NCBI RefSeq assembly: GCF_000018105.1
Contig: NC_009925.1
Coordinates: forward strand, 2,040,001-2,072,000
Length of the DNA stretch: 32,000 bases
Direction: 5' to 3'
DNA from: Acaryochloris marina MBIC11017
GTDB taxonomy: Bacteria > Cyanobacteriota > Cyanobacteriia > Thermosynechococcales > Thermosynechococcaceae
In this document: piece by piece, positions 25,422 to 32,000 of the stretch
Position numbering within the stretch: the first letter of the stretch is position 1
Layout: each line of letters begins with the position of its first letter
Made by a program: the position numbers and the translations under genes
The notes under the pieces: generated by a model
The model's database searches: none
Told to the model about the DNA's origin: nothing
Seen by the model: the letters and a program-made list of their open reading frames with translations, nothing else

Positions 25422-26789
25422 ATGTCTGAGTCAGCCGAAATTCTCAAGCAGCAATTTTCCCAAAGCCTGGGTTTACCGTGGACAGATATCCTTCCAGCCT
25501 CAAGGTTAGAGGAACTCCTGAAAGAAGAAGCATTCTCCTATCGCAACCGGATATATAGCCCCATCGTTACGCTGTGGGCCATGCTTTACCAAGTGCTATC
25601 AGCCGATAAAAGCCTTCGTAACACAGTCAAATGCATCACGACTTGGCTCACAGCGGCTGGCATCCAACCGCCCTCATCTGATACCGGAGCCTACAGCAAA
25701 GCCAGAAGTCGCTTTCCAGAGTCACTGTTGCAACGTTTAATTCCCGAAAGCGCTGAGTGCTTAGCGCAACCCCTCTCCCCAGAGCACCTCTGGTGTGGTC
25801 GGCCCGTCAAGGTCTACGACGGAACCACCGTGTTGATGGCTGATAGTGCGGCCAACCAAGCATCATATCCACAACATGGCAATCAAACAGCAGGCTGTGG
25901 TTTTCCCATCGCTCGCTTGGTAGTGTTCTTCTGTTTGGTTACCGGTGCAGTGGCGTCAGCTTGTATTGCCTCCTGGGACACCAGTGAAATTGTCATGAGT
26001 CGTTTGCTCTATCAAGACCTTGAGGTCGGTGATGTGGTCATGGCGGACCAAGCTTATGGCAGCTATGTTGATCTAGCCATCATTCAACAACACAGGGCTG
26101 ATGGAGTGTTGCGTAAACATCATGCTCGCAAGACTGATTTCCGCAAAGGCAACAAGCATGGCATTGGTGATCATCAGGTGACATGGCATAAGCCAGCCCA
26201 ACGGCCTGAGCACATGAGTGAGCAAGATTTTGCCCTGATTCCTCAAACATTGGTCGTTAGAGAGGTGTGTTTGCGCTTATCCCTTAAGGGCTTTCGCGAC
26301 CAGCACATTATTGTGGTGACGACGCTGCTGGATGCTCAACGCTACAGCGCTGGGCAACTGACTCGCTTGTATGGCTGGCGTTGGCCAGTGGCGGAAGTCA
26401 ATCTGCGCCATCTCAAAACCACCTTAAAAATGGAGATGCTCAGTGCCAAAACTCCGGATATGGTGCGCAAGGACATTTGGGTACATTTGTTGGGCTATAA
26501 CCTACTCAGAAGTCTCATGGAACTTGCGGCACCGCTAGCAGATAATGCTAGAACTCAACTGTCTGTGCAAGGAGCACGACAACACTTCAATCAGATGCTT
26601 GCTTTGTTGGCGACAGCCAACCGTGCGACCAGAAAGCGGTTGTTTACTCATCTACTTGAGACCATGGCAGCCGATCTATTACCCTCTCGACCGAATCGGC
26701 ACGAACCGAGAGTCGTCAAACGCAGACCCAAATCTTTCCCGCGAATGCGACAACCTCGCTCTGCTCTCAAAGCTAAGCTAGCTGTTTGA
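25422..26789 (+). CDS. IS4-family DDE transposase
   Basis: 455 aa from the ATG at 25422 (track start TTG at 25371 lies inside a 5' hairpin). Candidate DDE residues in YDGTTVLMADS, VVMADQAYGSY and RWPVAEVNLRHLK, the last being an IS4-like Y..R...E......K region. Confidence 0.85.
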   Translation: MSESAEILKQQFSQSLGLPWTDILPASRLEELLKEEAFSYRNRIYSPIVTLWAMLYQVLSADKSLRNTVKCITTWLTAAGIQPPSSDTGAYSKARSRFPESLLQRLIPESAECLAQPLSPEHLWCGRPVKVYDGTTVLMADSAANQASYPQHGNQTAGCGFPIARLVVFFCLVTGAVASACIASWDTSEIVMSRLLYQDLEVGDVVMADQAYGSYVDLAIIQQHRADGVLRKHHARKTDFRKGNKHGIGDHQVTWHKPAQRPEHMSEQDFALIPQTLVVREVCLRLSLKGFRDQHIIVVTTLLDAQRYSAGQLTRLYGWRWPVAEVNLRHLKTTLKMEMLSAKTPDMVRKDIWVHLLGYNLLRSLMELAAPLADNARTQLSVQGARQHFNQMLALLATANRATRKRLFTHLLETMAADLLPSRPNRHEPRVVKRRPKSFPRMRQPRSALKAKLAV

Positions 26790-26794
26790 TTGAG

Positions 26795-26812
26795 CTTAAG
26801 TCAGTGCCATTG
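26795..26812. repeat. IS right terminal inverted repeat CTTAAGTCAGTGCCATTG
   Basis: Perfect reverse complement of 25330-25347. Confidence 0.9.
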
Positions 26813-26822
26813 CCCCATAGAT
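26813..26822. repeat. Target-site duplication, right copy (CCCCATAGAT)
   Basis: Identical to 25320-25329. Confidence 0.85.
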
Positions 26823-27139
26823 TGCTTGAACAGACGGCTAAAGTGAAATTGGCTCATGTCTAACAACTGCGCTAAGTCAGCCAGCTTGAGATCTTGCTCT
26901 AGATGGACATCCATATAGTCCAACACCTGGGCAAGCTGGCGCTGGGGAATACCGCCGTCATAAACCGGTAAATGGGGTTGGATCGTTGCATACTGCCTGA
27001 GCAAGTGGACCGTTAACACATTGGCTAAGGAATCCATCATCAGGCTGCTCGCTGTATTCTGCTGGCCTTCCGTCAGCAGCATCATGGCGATGGTCTCTAT
27101 TTGCGGATCGCGCATCCGAAATCCGGGGACTAGAGAAAT

Positions 27140-27147
27140 GCGATCGC
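27140..27147. repeat. HIP1 octamer GCGATCGC
   Basis: Exact 8-mer read in sequence. Confidence 0.95.
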
Positions 27148-27597
27148 AATCTTGTTCCAGAGTTTCCTGGACAACTTTACGGACAAACTGATCGGTCAGT
27201 TTCACCTCTAGACAATGTTCATGCCCTTCCCACCGCGCAAAAAATGGCGAGCCAGCCGGTGCCAGGGAGAAATCTCCTTTCTGAATCAGGCCGGTAAAGG
27301 TGTTGCCGTCTTGGGATTGGACATAGTGAAGCGGACGGGGTGCCAATGACATAAACAGGGTATGTTCTGCCTCAAACTGACACTGTCCTTCTCCTGGTGG
27401 ATTTTGGAATTGGTGGACATGAATATCCTTCCCCTTTTGCTCTGAGCTTGGCAAATTGAGGTAGGCCGTGACAGCAGTTTGTTGTGGTGCTGTTTTGTCC
27501 ACGATGTCTAATCAATGGGGTTAGTTGCCACTATACAATTCCAACCTATTTGCGCGAGTGAAATTGCTTACAGAATTCAGATTCCCATGGCCCATCA

Positions 27598-28350
27598 TCA
27601 AGATTTCTGCCAGGGGGCTATACGTTCTATCGGGCACCACCGATCGTCAATAGGATACGTCTCAATATCATAGACATCTCTAGTTAATACAATCAGCTCA
27701 TCCTCATCCCACCGATCAATCAGCGCGATCACATCTGATTTTTGGACTGTGCCAATGGAAACAGATGATTGGTGAGGACTGCCCACAGCAAACTGTAGAG
27801 CAATATCAAGATTGAGAGTCCATGAGATGCCGTGTAGTAAGGGATGATCATGGCCACGGAAAACTGTTAATTCCTTTGGTAATACCGTCAGTTTTTTCTG
27901 TTCAGCAGACGTCATCATATGGTGAACATGCTTGCTAAGTGGTAAACCAACCATAGTACCTAGCGTTAGTTCAAGAAATGATGATGATTGCCCCAAGGAC
28001 TCTGGGTTTGTCCAAATTTGGCCCAACATTTCGAAGTATTTAGGATCTCGTTGTGGGAAATCAGGCTTGTCTAATTCTTCAAAGTAAAAGTTATGGAGGC
28101 GCTCAAAAAGATCTAAATCAGGATAAAAGGACTGCCATAAATTTGGCTCAAGCTTTCTTGCAGCACTTGTTTTTCGATATTGATAGATCTTGTTAAGACG
28201 AGCATGAAGTCTTGGAGAGATTGCCCATTCAAAATGCACTAGTGGATGGTGCAGCCCCTTTTCTGATAGATAAGGCTGAAGATCAGGATGTAAACCTGGC
28301 AATCTATAGGTTTGGAGAACTTGATCAATATCGAGTCTAGGTGACGACAT
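27598..28350 (-). CDS. Hypothetical protein (orphan). The C-terminal half has a weak R / S-x-T / E-x-E pattern
   Basis: 250-aa ORF, visibly more AT-rich than its neighbours. See findings for the motif discussion. Confidence 0.5.
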   Translation of the reverse strand: MSSPRLDIDQVLQTYRLPGLHPDLQPYLSEKGLHHPLVHFEWAISPRLHARLNKIYQYRKTSAARKLEPNLWQSFYPDLDLFERLHNFYFEELDKPDFPQRDPKYFEMLGQIWTNPESLGQSSSFLELTLGTMVGLPLSKHVHHMMTSAEQKKLTVLPKELTVFRGHDHPLLHGISWTLNLDIALQFAVGSPHQSSVSIGTVQKSDVIALIDRWDEDELIVLTRDVYDIETYPIDDRWCPIERIAPWQKS

Positions 28351-28629
28351 CTTAAGGATTGAGAGCCAATTCAGATACTGATTCGATGCTAACTCGACAC
28401 ACCTCAGTTCACCTTCTTCTGTTCATCCCACATATAGGTCAATCATAAAACGGTTGGTTCAGCTATTCTGATGAGCATCCCATTTATGGCGATGTAATGG
28501 TCAGGCAATCGTAAATGGCATGTCGTTTAGAAATTGGCCGCAAGATTGTGAAAGTGTCGCAAGAGGGTGATAGTGGCATCTAAAGGGTTTTCCTAAGCTG
28601 AGATTGTCTTGACTTAGGAGAGCAACATT

Positions 28630-29253
28630 ATGAAATTACTCGTTTTTGGCGCAACAGGAAGCGTGGGTCGCCATGTGGTTGAACAGGCCTTAGCTCAGGG
28701 GCATACCGTTACAGCCTTTGCCCGCAATCCCCAGAAACTCGATATCCAGAATCCTCATCTCCAGCTCTTTCAAGGAGATGTCATGGATTTCCCTACGGTT
28801 GAGCGGGCCATGCAAGGACAAGACGCCGTGCTCTGTTCTCTCGGCGCGGGTCGCAATGGTGTCATTCGCTCCGAAGGGACTCGGCATATTGTCCAGGCCA
28901 TGGAGAAGGTTTCTATATCGCGTCTGATTTGTCAGACCACGCTAGGGATTGGCGATAGCCGAGACAATCTCGATTTCTTCTGGAAGTACATCATGTTCGG
29001 GCTGCTATTGCGGCCTGCTTATGCAGATCATGTGGCTCAAGAAACCTACGTCACACAAAGCAACCTGGACTGGACCATTGTTCGTCCTGCAGCATTTACG
29101 GATGAACCCCAAACGGAAGCCTATCTGCACGGCTTTCCAGCCGATCAACAAGGGCTAACCCTGACCATTTCTAGAGCCGATGTCGCTGACTTTATGCTGC
29201 AGCAACTGCAAGACCATACCTATTTGCACAAAGCGCCAGGCTTGTCCTACTAA
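28630..29253 (+). CDS. NAD(P)H-binding atypical SDR (NmrA / flavin-reductase-like)
   Basis: 207 aa. N-terminal LVFGATGSVGRHVV Rossmann motif. AGGAGAG SD upstream. Confidence 0.8.
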   Translation: MKLLVFGATGSVGRHVVEQALAQGHTVTAFARNPQKLDIQNPHLQLFQGDVMDFPTVERAMQGQDAVLCSLGAGRNGVIRSEGTRHIVQAMEKVSISRLICQTTLGIGDSRDNLDFFWKYIMFGLLLRPAYADHVAQETYVTQSNLDWTIVRPAAFTDEPQTEAYLHGFPADQQGLTLTISRADVADFMLQQLQDHTYLHKAPGLSY

Positions 29254-29294
29254 CTGACAGTGTCCATCAAATGTTATTCAACCGGAGAGTCGTC

Positions 29295-29786
29295 ATGTCG
29301 AATCAACTTTTGTTCTCAATCAAACTATTCTCAATTTTAGGGTGTGGTCTTGTTGCCAGGATGTTCTTCGCCTTCTCGACCTTTGTGATACTAGCTCTAG
29401 GTCAACGCCCGCCTTCAGAAGGGATTGCCGCGATGCAGGCCATTAATATCACAGTGATTAATCCTTGGTTTATGATCGCGTTTCTCGGAACGGCAGTCAC
29501 TTGTCTGGGCCTTACCGTATTCTCACTCACTCAGTGGCAACAACCGGAGTCTGCTTACCTGCTGGTGGGGTGTCTGTTGTATCTGATTGGGACGCTATTT
29601 GTCACCATGCAGTTTAATGTACCGATGAATGATGCCTTGGCCATTGTTCAACCTGATAACCCTGATGCAGTGGGTCTTTGGGACCACTACCTGTCGAAAT
29701 GGACCTTCTGGAATCATATCCGGACTGCTGCTGCCCTAGCCGCGACTGCAGTACTCACCCTGGCCCTTAGAACTCCACAGGTATAG
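29295..29786 (+). CDS. DUF1772-like (anthrone-oxygenase-like) four-TM membrane protein
   Basis: Four hydrophobic segments. The C-terminal W.FWNHIRT motif resembles DUF1772. The ATG at 29295 follows GGAGAG. Track start is 29271. Confidence 0.6.
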   Translation: MSNQLLFSIKLFSILGCGLVARMFFAFSTFVILALGQRPPSEGIAAMQAINITVINPWFMIAFLGTAVTCLGLTVFSLTQWQQPESAYLLVGCLLYLIGTLFVTMQFNVPMNDALAIVQPDNPDAVGLWDHYLSKWTFWNHIRTAAALAATAVLTLALRTPQV

Positions 29787-29798
29787 GGCCATCGTCAG

Positions 29799-30716
29799 CT
29801 AAGCCTTCTGAATCGCGGCTTCTTTGGCCTCAAACTGGGAATCCCCTTCCGCTACCTCAGTTGTGCCTCGCAATTTTGGATCCAAGGCATCTCGTAAGGC
29901 ATCACTAACAACGTTTAGGGAGTAAATCAACAAAAACATGGCTAACACCACCCCTGCCAAAGGCCACCAAATGCCCTGAACTAACTCCCCAGTAGCATCT
30001 GAAATCATGGCGCCCCAGCTCGCTCCATCCTGAATACCCACCCCGATATAGGTCAGAATCACTTCCGACTTGATCGCGCCCAAAATTTGGAGGGACGCAC
30101 TAATAATCGCCAAATGGATGACATTGGGGAGGATATGACTAAATATAATCTGAAGATCATTGGCCCCAATCACTCGGGCAGCAGCCACATATTCCAAATT
30201 GCGGGTTTTAAGTACCTCGCTCCGTATCAATCGACAGAGTCCCACCCAACCGAGCAGGCCCATAGCCAAACAAATCGCCACTAGCCCCTTACCAATCACA
30301 TAGGAGATGGCAATTACCATCAAAATGTAGGGTACAGAACTAATGACGGTATACAGCCAGACAATGCCAACATCGACTAAGCCCCCGTAATAGCCCGCCA
30401 AGGCGCCTAAAATGACACCGATGGGAACAGAGATGCTGGTCACTAAGACTCCAATCAGCATTGCTGTTTTAGTTCCAGCCAAAATTTTATAGAGAACAGA
30501 GCGACCAAACAGATCGGTGCCGAGTAATTTTGCGAGTTCTAACGAAGGGGCTTCATATTCTGCCCCCACCCGAGTCTGATAGTCAGGTAAGACATTAAAT
30601 CCCCCCAATACAGCCACCAAAATGTAGATAGCGATAATCCCCAAGCAGATGACAACCAGTTTTTGACGGCTGAGCTTTTGGGCAGCTTCCCAATAAAGGT
30701 TATGAACGCGGGTCAT
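29799..30716 (-). CDS. ABC transporter permease, peptide/nickel type (DppC/OppC-like)
   Basis: 305 aa with six TM segments and an EAA-like loop (YVAAARVIGANDLQIIFSHILPN). Confidence 0.85.
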   Translation of the reverse strand: MTRVHNLYWEAAQKLSRQKLVVICLGIIAIYILVAVLGGFNVLPDYQTRVGAEYEAPSLELAKLLGTDLFGRSVLYKILAGTKTAMLIGVLVTSISVPIGVILGALAGYYGGLVDVGIVWLYTVISSVPYILMVIAISYVIGKGLVAICLAMGLLGWVGLCRLIRSEVLKTRNLEYVAAARVIGANDLQIIFSHILPNVIHLAIISASLQILGAIKSEVILTYIGVGIQDGASWGAMISDATGELVQGIWWPLAGVVLAMFLLIYSLNVVSDALRDALDPKLRGTTEVAEGDSQFEAKEAAIQKA

Positions 30717-30723
30717 GGAGTCC

Positions 30724-31656
30724 TCAATTTAGTTTGACGCGCGGATCCACCGCAGCAATAAGTAAGTCAGTGATTAGGTTAAACAGGGCATAGGTAATGG
30801 TGATATACATCGTCATGCCCTTCAGCACCGGAAAATCACCATTATTAATTGCTGAAATCATCAAATCGCCTAAGCCTGGAATACTAAAAAATCGCTCCAT
30901 CAAAAAGGCTCCCAAAATCAAAAAGGGAACCGCCACAATCGTGAAGGTCAGAATCGGAATCATGGCATTTTTGAGGATATGCGTAAACAGAACCCCTCGT
31001 TCACTCACCCCTTTGGCCCGAGCCGTGCGGACATAGTTGGCCTGCATTTCATTCAGAAAAATGGTGCGGTAGATCCGCACATCAGGCCCAATGGAGACCA
31101 CGATAATAATCAGCCAAGGCAAAGCCAAATAAGGAATTGCATCCCATCCTGGGGCATAGCCATTGATGGGAAACCATTCCAACTCATAGGCCAGGAAGTA
31201 CTGCATGGCAATGATATAGACCAAGTAGGAGACGCTCATGGCAATCACAGCGGTGGCGGTGGAAAAGCGATCGATCCAGGTGCCTCGGTAATAGGCGATC
31301 ATCATCGCAATCACGATATTGATCACCAATCCCAACACGAAGGGAGGGAGCGTCAAACTCAGTGATACCAAAGCCCCACTGGCGAAGGCTTCACTCAGTC
31401 TCTCGCCAGTGAAATAGGACTCTCCATAATCAAACGTCACGATTTGGCGCAGAAAGTCGAGAAACTGCTTCCAGAGTGGCTGATCTAGCCCCCATTGGGC
31501 TTCGAGATCTGCAATGGCTTGGGGGGTTGCATGCTGGCCTAAGGCAATCCTTACCGGATCTTCTCCGGCCACGTTGAACAACACGAAAATAATGACCGCA
31601 ACTCCCAGGATGGTGGGAATGATGTATAGCAAGCGGCGAATAATATACCCAACCAT
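30724..31656 (-). CDS. ABC transporter permease, peptide/nickel type (DppB/OppB-like)
   Basis: 310 aa. Typical N-terminus YIIRRLLYIIPTILGV and EAA loop YVRTARAKGVSERGVLFTHILKNA. Confidence 0.85.
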   Translation of the reverse strand: MVGYIIRRLLYIIPTILGVAVIIFVLFNVAGEDPVRIALGQHATPQAIADLEAQWGLDQPLWKQFLDFLRQIVTFDYGESYFTGERLSEAFASGALVSLSLTLPPFVLGLVINIVIAMMIAYYRGTWIDRFSTATAVIAMSVSYLVYIIAMQYFLAYELEWFPINGYAPGWDAIPYLALPWLIIIVVSIGPDVRIYRTIFLNEMQANYVRTARAKGVSERGVLFTHILKNAMIPILTFTIVAVPFLILGAFLMERFFSIPGLGDLMISAINNGDFPVLKGMTMYITITYALFNLITDLLIAAVDPRVKLN

Positions 31657-32000
31657 TACTTCAATCCTTTGGCTTTGGCCTCAGTATCGATATCCAAAAA
31701 TTTAGAAGTCGAGCCTAGCATCAGGTTGGGTTTGGAGTTGAGGAGCCATTTCTGGCGCATTCCCACATTAATCCGGGCTTTAAGAAAGACAATCGGTACA
31801 TCTTCTTTCAAAATCAAAGCCATCTTCTCAATAATTTTGTTGCGCTCTGCACCGGGAGACATGCGTCGCATCTGTTCGTAAAGCCGATCATATTCAGGAT
31901 TTTGGTAAGACCCCGCATTCGGTCCCGGTGCCTTATTCGGGCCATAGAACAGTTGATAGAAGTTTTCTGCATCCGGATAATCTGCCCCCCAGCCGCTACT
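31656..32000 (-). CDS. ABC transporter substrate-binding protein, family 5 (peptide/nickel), 3' part only. The gene continues beyond the window
   Basis: The frame is open from 32000 and reads SSGWGADYPDAENFYQLFYGPN..YQNPEYDRLYEQ, typical of SBP family 5. Its stop overlaps the permease start (TAATG). Confidence 0.8.
   Translation of the reverse strand, partial: SSGWGADYPDAENFYQLFYGPNKAPGPNAGSYQNPEYDRLYEQMRRMSPGAERNKIIEKMALILKEDVPIVFLKARINVGMRQKWLLNSKPNLMLGSTSKFLDIDTEAKAKGLK

Larger units (their letters stand above)
25330..26812 (+). mobile_element. IS4-family insertion sequence, 1483 bp, apparently intact
   Basis: 18-bp perfect terminal inverted repeats. A single long DDE transposase ORF. 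10-bp direct repeats flank it. It interrupts an AraC-type ORF. Confidence 0.9.
26813..27502 (-). pseudogene. AraC/XylS-family regulator, N-terminal fragment (cupin-like sensor domain plus first HTH helix)
   Basis: Native sequence ends ..LADLAQLLDMSQFHFSRLFKQSMG. Reading then runs into the IS (QWH-stop at 26801). Confidence 0.85.

Noticed and set aside
26545-26781. 78-aa ORF inside the IS
   Set aside because: It is an alternative frame within the transposase gene, and no frameshift signal or second-ORF architecture is evident.
30797-31705. Plus-strand ORFs (30797..31036, 30979..31365, 31514..31705, 31669..31881) and 30087..30284
   Set aside because: They are antisense shadows of the ABC permease and binding-protein genes.
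1-32000. CRISPR arrays, rRNA, tRNA, tmRNA, RNase P RNA and SRP RNA
   Set aside because: I saw no regularly spaced direct repeats. I also did not recognise conserved core motifs of these RNAs in the intergenic gaps. This was a by-eye check only, and a covariance-model scan would be decisive.

Overview
This window looks like a cyanobacterial chromosome segment. It carries chlP, an unlisted petG, and nine exact HIP1 octamers (GCGATCGC) where about 0.5 would be expected by chance. I support about 35 protein-coding genes. Most are housekeeping: chlP, panB, hisH, rsmD, petG, an M61 peptidase, a DnaK-like ATPase, a sugar epimerase plus MraY/WecA-type transferase pair, hom, serS, sppA, and two permeases plus a partial binding protein of a peptide-type ABC importer. 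I found no rRNA, tRNA or CRISPR array.

The parts that are not ordinary:
- **17.0-21.5 kb:** a patch of domain-of-unknown-function and enzyme genes between hom and serS. It holds DUF4291, a Sel1-repeat protein, an orphan, a DUF900 alpha/beta hydrolase, a GNAT and a P-loop kinase-like protein. It also contains a decayed 3' copy of the GNAT gene and AT-rich DNA flanking the hydrolase.
- **25.1-27.5 kb:** an AraC/XylS regulator cut cleanly in its helix-turn-helix (HTH) by an intact IS4-family element with 18-bp perfect inverted repeats (IRs) and a 10-bp target duplication. Next to it, at 27.6-28.4 kb, is an AT-rich orphan gene with a weak R / S-x-T / E-x-E ADP-ribosyltransferase-like pattern.
- **7.9-9.0 kb:** a 1.05-kb stretch with no listed ORF.
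- **Small genes below the ORF-track cutoff:** petG and two small membrane ORFs.
- **Orphan terminators and hairpins:** these may mark sRNAs or leaders.

I did not find a convincingly complete novel multi-gene system. The two accessory patches are the best candidates and are flagged as hypotheses. All functional calls come from motif recognition by eye. No database search, folding or composition calculation was run.
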